The position numbers were made by a program, and so were the translations under genes. From Schmidtea polychroa (taxonomy: Eukaryota): 64,000 nucleotides of DNA. This document shows, piece by piece, positions 1-12,776 of the stretch. The stretch spans positions 55,552,001 through 55,616,000 of the forward strand of contig CM097887.1 of assembly GCA_044892525.1 (NCBI GenBank), written 5' to 3'. Every line of letters starts with the position of its first letter. Within the stretch, counting starts at the first letter, position 1. The notes beneath the pieces are model-generated. The model ran no database searches and was not told where the DNA came from. It was given only the letters and a program-made list of their open reading frames with translations.

Positions 1-281
1 TTTATCGCAATGTTTTATTAATTAAATAATCAATTTTCGAGTTTTTTCATTAAATAATTGCTTTTTAAATTTTATAGCTAGAATTATATTTATTTTACTG
101 TTTCTAGTATTTTCAAAAATTTGCCACAGATATTAGAAGTCATTTTTCCCTGAGAGTAGAAAATTCATTGAAAACAGATTAATTTTACGTATTGCAAACT
201 CATCCTTATGAATCATTCGTAAATGATTCATACTTTACTTTCCTTTATTTCATATGTTATTATGACTTTATTATTCAGATA

Positions 282-514
282 TTAATAAAGTCTAGCCCAG
301 TGATTCCAAATGGAATCATTAGTTTTTTTCTCTACTACCATAACGGTTGGCAGTAACTAGTGAGAACTATAGTAAGATATGTTTTTAACAGTTGGCACAG
401 GGGGCAACAAAAAAAATGAAGTAAAATATTTTTATGATAAAATAAGTAGTTTTGGTACCTACTTACTGCATATATTTTTTTTTGTTTTGAAAAAATTTGG
501 GCTGGAAAGGGTTA
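282..514. mobile_element. Possible small piggyBac-like MITE
   Basis: The right end reads GGGCTGGAAAGGG|TTAA (reverse complement TTAA-CCCTTTCCAGCCC). The left end is a degenerate TCTAGCCCAG followed by the palindrome TGATTCCAAATGGAATCA. Confidence 0.3.
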
Positions 515-975
515 AATTAAACTAAATTTTTGATTAGATTTACTTTACCTTCGAATATAGGTATAAATGTTTATTTTAATACTGAGATATACCATTTGCT
601 AGGTCAAATACCGAGGTACAACTGAACCACTGCTCACTACATTGCAATTTGTTCACCATCGATAACCGAATTGATAGTTTTTTAACTAATTTTATTTATT
701 AACGATTGACTAAAAATCTTTCTGTGATTTATTTGTACATTGCAATTGATCGTTTTTCTATTCACTGCCATAATGAATTATGATAACTTTTTTAAGGCTG
801 CAGTTTCTTTTTCATGGAAAGGAAAAGTATATTTTTATTACAAAATTCAAATACTTGTCTAAATATGGGAATTTATGCATTTGGATTTATTGTAGCAAAT
901 ACGAGTTAATTACAATCAGAACTTTATCGGTTAAAATTCAGCAAAATTATTTAGATAAATAAATAATTGATATAA

Positions 976-3900
976 CTAACCGGTTGTTTCATATTTAGTT
1001 TCGTCAGTCTCGCCGATATTTATAACAACATGATTGGCGATTTTTTCATTGATATGATCCTGATTTAAAGTTGGATCAGATTTGGCAAAATCTGAACACT
1101 TCATGTAAAACTCATTATAGAGTGACTCTTTATGTAGAGATGAAGCTCGATGTACTCGCTTTATTTCTTTCAAATCCGATATTATAGATTTCTAAAGACA
1201 TTTTAAAATGATATTTATAAATATACATATCAAATATACAGATTTATATAAAGAGGAATGATTATCTTCTTGTTTCATTTTTCCAAATGCCTCAGCATCA
1301 TCGGTTGTCTCATCATCAGAGCTAAAAGTTGAGTGTTGTTATTCAGAAAATTTATTCGATTTTTTTCTACCAAAATATACCTTGAAGAATCCGAGGAGGA
1401 ATCAGAAGACGAATCGTTAAGATATTCTTCAAGTGTTTGTGGTTGGAGTGCTAATTCTTGTTTAGTTTTGAATTCAATCAATCGGTTGGATTTCAATGTT
1501 AATAGTGTAATTGGAAGAGCGGGAACGACAGAAATGATGCTCAATAAAACGATTAAAACCTAGACAGATTATTTCCCAGAGCATTTCGTTGATTTATTAC
1601 CTTCAATCCAACCCATTTTCCTTCTCTTAGCCCACCATACCATAAATCATTTAAAATATTTTGAGTACAAACGTGCCCGAGGAACGGTTTGCTTTGGCAT
1701 AAATACGCTAAACTAATGCCGGTGTGACCAGAGAACTGTTGAAGCTCATAACACAATAAACGTTTTGTTTCTTCGGGATTATGCTTATAGCAATGGTCTT
1801 GAAGGCTCACTGATAAAACCTCGAATTTGCTATTCAATAGTTATTGTGATTTTAATAGAATGCTTAAATTTTACTTTCCCCATAATTTCAATTCTTCCAG
1901 ATATTCGGATTCGTTATCCACATCCAAAAGTTTTTTCATTCCTTTCAATAATTTTACCGCCATAAGCGACTAAAAACCAATTTTACTTAACGTAAAATGA
2001 ATGACAAGCAAAACCTTTGCAATCGATTCTTCACCGCTCATAACCATATACATGGCCATATCATATCTTCTCGTTAGAATCGTCCATTGTAACAATTCTG
2101 TGTATGGATAGCGGAAATTCGAACTGTTATCAACGCCAATTTCATTGTCATTGAAAGAATTACTGTATAACTGATAAGGATTTTTAAATGTAAAATAAAA
2201 CGTATAAATTGTAAAATACATTTTTAAAATTATCAACAGATGATAATGTATCACACATATCTGCTACGGGAAGCAACGATTTCCCAGGAGAACTTTTCTG
2301 GCAATATTGATGCTGATAGCCACCTCCCATGAGAATTTCAATCAACGAACCAACCTGTCTAAGTGTTAGAGTTTGCTTCTAACAATTTCAAAAAATATTA
2401 AGCGAATTCGAAAATAAAATAAGCGAACTTTTTTTAAATTACAAACTTTAGAGATCATAGAATAAAATGTAAAGTCGCCTTTCAGGCATCGAATATTGTA
2501 AAAATATTCCAATCTTGAAACCTTTAGAAATCGATGCATATTCACTCCATTTTCAAGCAACAATTTCACAAAATCCAAGCGATCATTAATCAGAGCATCG
2601 ATCATAGAATTATCCAACACAGGTGACTGAGTAAAATATATCAATAAAATTGTGCAATTATTTATATATAGTCATAGCCCAATTGTTTCCAATAGGTTGA
2701 TATTGACTCACTTGAAAAATTATTTATTTTTTACGTATGTTTAGCTTAGACTAAGTTTTCCCTACACACCATTTATAAACAAACCTGTTATTAACTGAGA
2801 AAAACAGACGACGATATATATATTAAAAAAATTTGCATTGTTTATAAATTTCAAGGCCATAGTAATAGATAAAAAAAACCTTTTTATTGTTTTTAGGAAA
2901 TTGTGCATAAATCAAAAATAATTTCAGTAGTCATCTTTTACTTCACATTCAATGTTTTTTAAATAAAAAAATATTCAACAATTTTATTTTGAATGTTATT
3001 TTACTCTGAAAAATTAAATTAAACAAATTTATTATTCCCTCATATATATTAAATGTAGTATATATACAGAGAGAACTTCTAATTGCGGGTCATAATCATA
3101 ATTGTGGGTAAGATATCGGAATTTAATAAAATATTAAATGTAATGACTTTTTCCGCTTTTCAAACCAATGGTTTAAAACACTGCTTTGTGGCCGATAAAG
3201 GAACATTAAACCTTTAATGAATAGATGAATCTATTTTATTAACTCTTCCTGTCTCAGTTTCTACTGATGAGAAGCCTGTCTAATTAAAAAAAAATATTTA
3301 CGAGAAAAAAGTATAGAATGCAGAAAACGTATTGATATTGTTTTTGAATTTGCTACAGAGAAAGACCAGAAATTAAATTCGAGAATAAAAAAATTTGTTC
3401 TTTTAATAGTAAGTGTTTGTATTATACTTTAAATAAAAACCATTAAAATAATTATTGGCTAAGACCAGAATGAAATAATTTTGAAATATGAATATTTACA
3501 GAAATTAGACGACGTTCAAATGAAAACGTTTGTCAAGAATGAGCAAATTTATAAAAAGTAAATGATAAATGAAAATCATCAATGATGTATGATTCAGAAT
3601 TTGTATTGAGTGAAATTTATGTGATTTAAATAATACATTTATCCCTTTGAGACTCGGACTGTTTTTCTCATCAACTTTCAGAGTTGGTATTTTTTATATT
3701 ATAAAAATATAAGTAAAAGGAAACCAATTTTAATTAATTATGAAATTGAGTGCAACATGATTGGCACATGGAAGGCATAACAAATGAATTTTTTCTAAAA
3801 AGCTATTGAAATATTAGCAAGTAAATCAAGTACAAGAATGTGTACAAGTGAGATGGAAATCGAAATCACGACTATATAGCAAATCTTATTGTAAGTCGTA

Positions 3901-6511
3901 ATTAAAATGTATGTTTTAATAAATTTTATTTATTTAGTTTCAAATTTTTAGGTGTTATCAAATTTCCAAAAAATTTAATGAGATTGCATAAGTAATTATA
4001 ACTAATAAAACGCAGTTATTTGCGTGACAGAAGCCAATTAGTTGTGATACCAACAGTTTTAGTATTGCAGATAATACAATGGATATAGTATTATAAATAT
4101 TTAGTTGAGTTTTCTCAATGAAATGTAAAGGGTTTCCCGGAAATTGTATGTCCTTGATAATTCCAAAAGAAAAGTACCACACGCTTCTCTTCTTTTTACG
4201 TTAAGACTTTATTTGAGATTGAAAATTTTAATTGCCTGTCAAAATATGTGTAGTAGAAAATAAAGTTGCATTGTTTTCAACACAAGTAAGCTGCTGACAG
4301 TTCATTTGCTGAAATGGCATGATTAACATATGATGTGAAAGCAGATATTAAAAGAAATTTGATCAAAATACTTTTTTATTAATCTTTGAAATTGTATTAA
4401 TATAAAAGAGTAAACATAAATACTGAATTCATTTATCGGTTATTTTCTACAAATTTGGAGTTGAAAATTTTCAGTATTTTTTTCAATAATTTTATTCTTT
4501 ATTGCAAATATAAATCAAAAATGTGTTCATGTATTTATTTAACTTATTTTGATTGGTTACTGTAGCCAATTGGGTAATAATTGCAGTTTAACATCTACAT
4601 AGAATGAGAATAAGATTATATCTCAGGTAGAAAATTTGTGATTTTCTCTTATTATCTTGATTATTTTTTTCCAATGAATGAGATTGTTTTTATATATTAA
4701 AAAATCAGAAGTCACTAACTTGCCATTCGGTTTGGACGCCGAATATTTGAGATCTGGCAATGTCGGGCCGATTCCAAGCCATTGTCAAGGTCAACTGGTC
4801 AGCTTTGGTCAGTTTGGGCAGTGATTCTAAATGAGAGATGCATGATTCATGCGGTAGTATTTGGAATTGGTATAGATTCACCTTGCAATAAAGCTGTCAG
4901 TATTGCTACATCGATATCTGGACAACCATCTTCCATTCGATAAACAGTAATCTGTGGTTATGATAATTTTCAATCATAATTTATGTTAATTTACTAATTC
5001 CCGGCGTTTCAGGCACAATTTCATTTCTTTATAAAGTAATTCTGCCTCTTTCGGTACTAAGGAAAATGTTCTTTGTACTGTTTTCAATACTTGTTCTCTG
5101 ACATCGGGGGGTAATTCCCTGAAAATGAATGACAATATGTAAATAGGAATAGCCTGAATCGAATCCCTAACCCTTCCTCATCACTATATCTATGCATAAA
5201 GGCTAGCAAGTCAGCTGCTCTGCCGCTACCTTCACAAACCACAACTGGAACGGGATACTCATCAGTTACCAATTCGAATACCAATCTGAATGCTTGCATG
5301 CCACCTTCCACTAAAACAGCAACAACTGGAACTCGAGATTTCCCCAGCCTGCCTAAAATCGTCAAGTAAAATCACATAAACTCAGCACGCCCTTTGAGAG
5401 CTAATCCATTACCATGATTTCGCATTCTGATTGGCTGGGTAGCTAGATACCTTTCCAATGAGCGCCTCAAAACGATTTCCGCGCCGAATTTATCCACAGT
5501 CCCATTATCCGCCAATAGGAAATAATTATGATGCTGATTTAAAACCGCTTGCTTCTGATTCTTGTTTGCAATAGAATAATATGGACAGATTTTCTGAAAT
5601 GATTAAATTCGAAGCATTTTATAAAATATATTCAACGAAATTCTCCGAATTACCTCTTTGCCCAACAAATGTTTCCTATGCTGCACAATCCCCCATGGGG
5701 AAATCCCCAAAGCAACTATATTGTTTCCTTTAATGTGGATTTCATTTTTCAATGCTTCTCCAACATGTTTCGTTACTCCTATGAGTCAAATTCGGAAACA
5801 GTATAAATCCCATTCAAACAAACCTGTATCCAATCCGGTAGTTACAACCCAAGTGCCAGTTGTTTTAGCAGCTTTGACAAGTCCATCGAAAAAGACTTTC
5901 TTCAATTTTGGTTGCAGATCAAAATTCGCCAAACCACCGATTATCGATATGACTAAATTTGGAACACGCAAATTCCATTCACGCAGTAATAGATGGAGCA
6001 CGTCGGTTGGTGTTGTACGATAACTGATGCGGACATACTAAGAATTAAATACAAAAATAAGAAATAATTTAAACATTACAATTACAAAACAGTACCCTTG
6101 CTTTAGTAGGATGAGGACCCCCTTGAAATTCAAGAGTCCCATAAGCATCTGTAGGAAACGGAGTTGTATTGTGTATAATATTCCAACCTTCACGTTTGAT
6201 TTTTGAACTATTGCTAAATTGATTTTTACTGATATGTTCTTCGGCAGGTCTACCACAAGCGCAACTTCATGATACTTAAAGATGTAATATTAAAATATGA
6301 CTTACTATCCATTGGATTTTGGATAAAATCGATTACATTCTAATTTCAGAATATTATCATCGATCCAATTATACTAATATCAATAATATTAATTAATAAA
6401 GTTTAAAAATTAGCAGTAATTTACTTTTTCTGAAACGGTTGAGACACTTTTATTTGACTTTAGGGACGGATTGGCAACAATACCACTGTGGTTTTTTTTA
6501 GATTTTTTCAT
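976..6511 (-). CDS. TRPM: TRPM-family cation channel, multi-exon; N-terminal SLOG/MHR region. The gene probably continues left of 976 and the TM domain is not visible.
   Basis: Exon translations match TRPM hallmarks: [48 protein letters not shown] (5786-6001); [30 protein letters not shown] (~5400-5540); [11 protein letters not shown]...[18 protein letters not shown] (5084-5365); [18 protein letters not shown] (2366-2644); YPYTELLQW (1970-2254); LNDLWYGGL (1553-1837); IEFKTKQEL (1275-1544). The start at 6511 is tentative. Confidence 0.9.
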
Positions 6512-7039
6512 GAACTAAAATGACATTTAAAAAGCATACAAAATAATATAATAAATCTGATAGTAATAATTAAACTAATGAAAAGAGAAGTAGAATTAAA
6601 TTTTGTATATTATATAAGTATATCATATAACAGTACATGAAATTTTAAATGTGTTACTAAACTATAAATGTTTATTATATTATACAAACAAATTTCTGTT
6701 AACATATTTTATTGATAATTAAAAATTGGTTTCGACATGCAAAAATCAAAAATGTTTAGAGAATTTAGTTTCTAACTATCTAAGTGGGTTTTTGTAACTC
6801 TATGTACGAAACAAGTACAAACTAATGGGATTTCATGTGTCTAGCTAGTCTCAACCCATGTCATCCAACAAAAATATTTGAAAACAGTTTTAAATAAAAT
6901 TTTATGATATCTGCAATCAAATAATTTGCAGAAATACTATTGAGGTTGTTAAAACAGACAAGACTTTATGTTTGAAACGTAACAAATTATGGAAATAAAA
7001 TTAGATGAATATATTACTATAAATCAGACAAGCTAAAAC

Positions 7040-8857
7040 TGCAGCTCACGAGCCGCATGCGGCTCTTTGACATTTTTTTGTGACTCAATAAATTATTAAG
7101 TTGTAACTGAAATTTTTTTAATGTAACTGAAATTTTTCCTTATTTCACTTAGCAGCTTTTTAAGTACAGTTAAGTTGTAAAATTATGTATTTTTTTTAAT
7201 TTATTTTATTCCTTGAGTTAAGTTGTAAAATTTAATAAAAGTTTAAATAGTTAAAATTTTAAATTAAAATTTTTAAAATACTTTCGACTTTGATTTTAAT
7301 AATTGGCAAGTATTCTTATAAACTTTTTATAATACTTAAAATCAAACAATCTAAAAATAGATTTTAGAGTTATCATGGACAAGACCAAAAAAAGAAAATA
7401 TGAAGAAGAGAAGAAGTTTTAATGAAGATTGGGAACTAAAATTTTTGTTTATAAATAAGAATGGAAAAGCATTATGCCTTATTTGTATATCGACTATAGA
7501 ACATTTTAAAGTTGGGAATTTCAAGAGGCATTACCAAGCCATTCATGGCAATTTCCATTCACAATATCCTGAAAAAACAAAGTTAAGGGAGGTTAAAATT
7601 GAAGAACTGAAAAATGAACTCGAAAAACAACAATCGTTGCTCTCCATTTTTAAAAAAGAAGATGACAATATAAAGGAAGCAAGTTATGTCATGAAATGGA
7701 ATATCACACGAGGAAAACGTTCTTATACAGATGGAGAATTTTTTTTTAAATTATTGATCCAGAAAATTTAAAATTACATAAAAATATATCAAAAATTCCA
7801 GCATCTCGGTCAACTATAGAAAGACTTATTACAGATATATGTATAGATACAGTTAAAAAACTTAAAGTTGATATTAAAAATTGTAAAGCATTTAGTTTAG
7901 CCTTAGACGAGTCAACTGACATTAAAGATACTCCACAGTTAGCAGTTTTCATACGTTTTATTTTGGCTGATATAACTGTAAAAGAAGAATTGTTGGATTT
8001 GGTTCCTCTTAAAGAATTAACTTGTGGCATTGATGTTAATTGATTTTGATATAGATGTTAAGAAATTGGTAAGCATTACAACTGATGGTGCTCCGGCTAT
8101 GGTAGGAAGTATAAATGGCTTTAAAGGACTCTTGGTTATAGATACCGATATTCCAAAATATCTTTCAATACACTGTATCCTGCATCGAGAACAGCTCATA
8201 GCCAAACACTTCAGATATGAAAAAGTTATGAATGCTGTTATGAATGATGTAATTAATTTTATACGAGCTAATGCAAAAAATCATCGTCAGTTTAAAAATT
8301 TTTTAGTTGAATCTGGTGATGAATATATTTCAAAAGATGCACCTTTTTATTGCATCTTCAGGTGGTTATCAACGTATAATGTTTTAGATAAATTTGTAGA
8401 GTTACTAAATCCAATTACAGGTTATCTTCAAGATAAAAGAAAATTACTAGAAGAAAAAAAGGGATCTAGCGAAGAAAATACAATAGAAAAATTAAATAAT
8501 ATTTTATGTAATTTTAATGATCATCATTGGAAACTCGATTTAATGTTTTTGTCAGATGTTATGCAACATTTAAATAATCTGAATTTGGATTTACAGGGCA
8601 GTGAAAAATTCGTCTTCAATCTGTCCCACACAATTTTTAGTTTCCAAAAGAAAATTAAACTTTATGAAAAAGATTTGAGCTCTAACTATTTAAATTATTT
8701 TCCTCGTCTGAAACAAAGTCAACGTGCGATTTCAAAAGAAAAATTAGATGAATATCAAAATAAATTAAAGGAATTGTTTTCAGATTTCAAGTCAAGATTT
8801 GCAGATTTAGAGACTTTGAAATGGTCTATAAAAATTTTGTTAAAACCTGTTGAATGA
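7040..8857 (+). pseudogene. hAT transposase (SPIN/Charlie/GTF2IRD2-like), frameshifted and C-terminally truncated
   Basis: KRRSFNEDWELKFLF...ALCLIC...NFKRHY; FSLALDESTDIKDTPQLAVFIRF; ITTDGAPAMVG...IHCILHREQL...RWLS. The coding region is split over at least 3 frames and the hATC domain is absent. The subterminal motif GAGCCGCATGCGGCTC is at ~7049. Confidence 0.85.
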
Positions 8858-9177
8858 AAAATGAGTAAAAGTTGATAAGCAACCTATATTACTTCTTCCT
8901 TGACGAATCATGTGAGGGCATGACCTCATTTACTCATAACCGGATTTTTTTATTCCTTGTTTTTATTGAAATTAATTAATTTTTTGTTAAAAATTAAATT
9001 TACTTTTAAATGCTTTTAAATATGTTTCGTTCTGGAAATTCTTGCGATTAATTGATTCTAATTAATCATGTTTATTTTTCATTTAATTATTTGTTTACTT
9101 ATTTGATTATTTGGTGTTTTTCCATTATTTTTAATAAATATTTGATGTTATTTATACTGTGTTTGCTTGCTCCAACA
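8848..9177 (-). repeat. Fragment I of the TGTTGG element family (5' end, minus strand), located where the hAT ORF is truncated
   Basis: The minus strand begins TGTTGGAGC... and contains AAAACACCAAATAA, as in the A-rich 5' part of elements A and B. No TSD found. Confidence 0.4.
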
Positions 9178-9619
9178 GTCCCACTTTAATTATTTTTAAT
9201 TAATTTACTCATTTATTAATTGATGGCCTTCTGGCCGACAATGGGTTCTATCCAAACGGGGTTTTTTAAGAGTCCGACTACTTTCTTAAAATTTGCAAGA
9301 GAAAATGATTATTCTACTATATTATCTGCTATAAAAATACATTCGAGAACATTTTTGAAATGGTGTTATCAGCAAAAATCTAAGGATTGCTGTTATTATG
9401 GAATGTTGCAGCAAAGATTATCATAATATAAATTTATCATAAAGTATCTGAAGAATTCATTACAAAATTTTACTCTGTCCTGCAGTAAATTATGTATGAT
9501 TTTCAAAATTGCAGTCTCTTATTGTTAATGAAATAGTTTCTCTATCATTTGTTACTTAACACTACTATTATTGACAGAATCTTATTGTATTATTAAAAAT
9601 CCTAAACTATAATAGTCTG

Positions 9620-10500
9620 TTTCTCATATTTAAGGACCCCACTTGGAAAAATGTTCAAGATGCACTAGTAGAATAATTTATACTTTTGTAGAAGAATGGA
9701 TAATACCGTCCGATTAAGGGCGTGTTGTAGTTTCGATGTTTCGAACATCCAAGAAAACTCTAAATCTTCCAAATCATATTTGTTAATCTTTTCTTTTCTT
9801 TATAATTAATTTTGTTGTAAAGTTAATATTAAAATATCATTTTTTCTATTGTAGATAATGAATGGATTACATCGATCTGCTAGATCACTTGCAAATAGTA
9901 TTCTCTTTGGAATGAGATCTAATGATGATGAAGATAGTTTTGTAGTAAAATGAAGATGATGATGTTACTACTGTTGGAAATGATAAAGATGATATTTTCT
10001 ATAGCAGATATATGTTGCATTGTTTCATAGAAGCTGTATTCAAAGAATGAAACACAATATGATTTTAAGAAAAACTTTGGCATGGAAATATTGACGCAAC
10101 TCATATCTCAGAGATCAAAACTCCCAAACTTGAGAACTTCTGTGAAAAGTTCAGTAACTGTTTAAGGAGTTTCTGAAATTGTAAAGAAGAATGTGATCAA
10201 CGTAGAAAATAGAAATAATTGAGGAAAGTAACATGCTTGCTTACTATCACAAGACACTAAGAAGAAATTTCTGTGCACCACTTATTAACGCTACGTTTCT
10301 GATGTTCATCTAGCATTCCAAAAATGAATTAAGTTCCATCATTACTAAAGGTTAAAGAAAAGTATCGCTTATACCATTATCCATTATCCAAAGAGTTGCC
10401 GTAATCATATGTATTATCATAAATACATTTGTTTTTTTCATTCTGTTTCTTGTAATATTTTTTTAAAGTAGGGTCCTTAAAAGACCCCACAAGTCTGTAA
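9620..10500 (+). pseudogene. Internally deleted piggyBac-like transposase remnant
   Basis: An acidic N-terminus (NDDEDSF...DDDV) is followed by a degenerate C-terminal Cys-rich domain (HACLLSQDTKKKFLCTTY*RYVSDVH, ~10215-10310). GGACCCC/GGGTCC subterminal motifs lie at ~9634 and ~10471. Confidence 0.45.
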
Positions 10501-11186
10501 AACAATAATAACAAAAAACGCCTACCAAAAGACTATAAGCTTAAAACTTACTGTTGAGGTCTCGATATTCGGGAACACTCAACTTACTGGTTCTTATATA
10601 TGTATAAATATATCAAAGGACAAAGTAATTTCTAAAACTTTTATTATAAAGAAAAATTTACCAAATATGAATTGATCTGCTATATTACAAAATTCTTTTT
10701 AATATCCAACCGAATATGCGTGTATGTACTGTGTGAATGTTGTGTTTCTCTTGCTGTGTTGCGTGTAGGCTTCTGAACGTTTTTGTTTGTCTGTTCGAGT
10801 TTTAGCACTAATGAGGATTAACCTTTTTAGTATGTTATCGCAGTTAAAATTTTGGGCGAAAAAAATGAATTTTACCTCGCTATTTATACTATTTTCGTGT
10901 CTATGAAATTAAATTGATATATTTTTATAAGTATACTTAAGAAAATAACATATTTTATAAATATAATTAAAGTATTAAGTATTAATTATTGAAAAATTAA
11001 TTAAAGTGTTAATTATTGTTATAAAAATTATTATTATTTAATTATTATTTTAAAATATCTAAAATTGTTATTATAAAATCATATGTCTTTTAAATTGCCA
11101 CTTATATTCTTATATTATTATTATTTTAAAATATCTAAAATTCTAAAATCATATGTCTTTTAAATTGCTACTTATGTTCTTATAAA

Positions 11187-11454
11187 AGTAGTGTATAAAC
11201 CTTGCACCTGACCACCCCCACCCCTTAAAGATCACCAAATCCATACCTTTCCATACCTTTAAAAATTACACTTTTATATAAAAATCTAACAGTTTTTTCA
11301 AGTCTTTTCATCCTTTTCACCCTATATTTTCAAAAACAACCACCCTCTTGTGTTGAATTATGGAAGGGAAGCTCTTAAAAAGGGAGTTGTGGATCGGGTG
11401 CAAGGTTTATACACTACTATATAGCAAGTAGCGCAGTTTGCTAATTTATAAATA
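11187..11454 (+). repeat. Left Polinton TIR (268 bp)
   Basis: Reverse complement of 24692-24959 with 3 mismatches counted by eye. The MCP ATG follows at 11460. Confidence 0.95.
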
Positions 11455-11459
11455 AAAAA

Positions 11460-12776
11460 ATGAATAATATAAATCTTGAGATTTCAGAAAAAAATAAATT
11501 AAATCTTGATTACAATAAAGAGTTTATGCATAAAATTAAAAAAATCGATGTTTTAAAAATATCCCCTACGTCAGGATCGATTGCAAATTTAAATCGTGGA
11601 GGAGATATAGTTTTTCAATCCCTTCAAACCTCAAACCCTGTAGATATTTGTAATGCGAGATTATATTATAAAATTGAATTAGAAATTGAAGCAAACAAAG
11701 ATATAACTCTAGAAAACAATTTCTTTCCAAACTTATTTAATAACATGAGATTAAAACTAGGATCATCAGAAATTGAAACTATTTTATATCCAGGAATATA
11801 TTCTACAATGTTAAATTTTATTTTAACTGGTTGTGATTATAAAAATGAAAGTGGAGAATTAACAGGTTGGATTCCTGATACTAATAAAGGTGATTTAGAT
11901 AAAGATGGTTTAGATATAAATTATGGATATTATAAAAGAGTAGAACTTTATAAATCTAAAAAATTTGAGGGTTATTTTGAATTAAAACACTTATTTGGAT
12001 TCCTTCAAAACTATAACCGAGTACTTCATAATGTTTTTATAGAATTAATATGTAATAGAAAAGAAGATGATAAAACAATATTCTATGGAGCTGCAGATAC
12101 AAAAGCTAAATTAAAAATATCAACACTTGAATTACATATACCTGAATGGACTTTAAATCCTCAATCTGAAATCAAACTCCTTGAAAGATTAAATTCCAAC
12201 AAATCTATAATTGTAAATTATTTAAATAGAATCTGTAGTGAATTTAGTATGACAGAGGGTTCAACATATTCTATAAAGGTAGCAAATTTAGCATACCGAC
12301 CGAGACATATCTTAATTGGATTCAAAGAAACAGATTCATCTTTCCAAAAAAATAACAACTTGTTTATTCAAAAGATTGGAAATGACAATTTAAAATCAAT
12401 ACAAATTCAATTAAATAATTCTTATTATCCAATAAATAGAATGGAATTTAATATTGAAAATAATGAAAACATATTCCCATATCTGAATTATATTGAAACA
12501 TGTTATGATTTTAAAGTTAAACCACAATTAAGTTTAGAAGATTTCAAAAATTTATATTCTATATTTTGTATAAATGTATCAGATCAAGATGATCGTCTAG
12601 CTATAAATAATGTTGATGTTACACTTCATATAACAAAGGATTCTAATTTTAAAGCTAAAGTATATACGTTAATATTAGAAGAAAAGAAAATAGAAATGAA
12701 ATTATATGGTGGAAAGATTTCAATAATCGAAAATGTACGAGGTGATAATATCTCTATAAAAAATGTCTCTAAATAA
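11460..12776 (+). CDS. Polinton major capsid protein (double jelly-roll, PY-like), 438 aa, intact
   Basis: LENNFFPNLFNNMRLKLGSSEIETILYPGIYSTM; FEGYFELKHLFGFLQNYNRVL; IQIQLNNSYYP; YSIFCINVSDQ. Size and genomic context fit a Polinton MCP. Confidence 0.85.
   Translation: MNNINLEISEKNKLNLDYNKEFMHKIKKIDVLKISPTSGSIANLNRGGDIVFQSLQTSNPVDICNARLYYKIELEIEANKDITLENNFFPNLFNNMRLKLGSSEIETILYPGIYSTMLNFILTGCDYKNESGELTGWIPDTNKGDLDKDGLDINYGYYKRVELYKSKKFEGYFELKHLFGFLQNYNRVLHNVFIELICNRKEDDKTIFYGAADTKAKLKISTLELHIPEWTLNPQSEIKLLERLNSNKSIIVNYLNRICSEFSMTEGSTYSIKVANLAYRPRHILIGFKETDSSFQKNNNLFIQKIGNDNLKSIQIQLNNSYYPINRMEFNIENNENIFPYLNYIETCYDFKVKPQLSLEDFKNLYSIFCINVSDQDDRLAINNVDVTLHITKDSNFKAKVYTLILEEKKIEMKLYGGKISIIENVRGDNISIKNVSK

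Noticed and set aside
1333-1563. Plus-strand ORFs within the TRPM locus (also 780-962, 1765-1965, 5658-6023)
   Set aside because: Antisense to TRPM exons or AT-rich chance ORFs.
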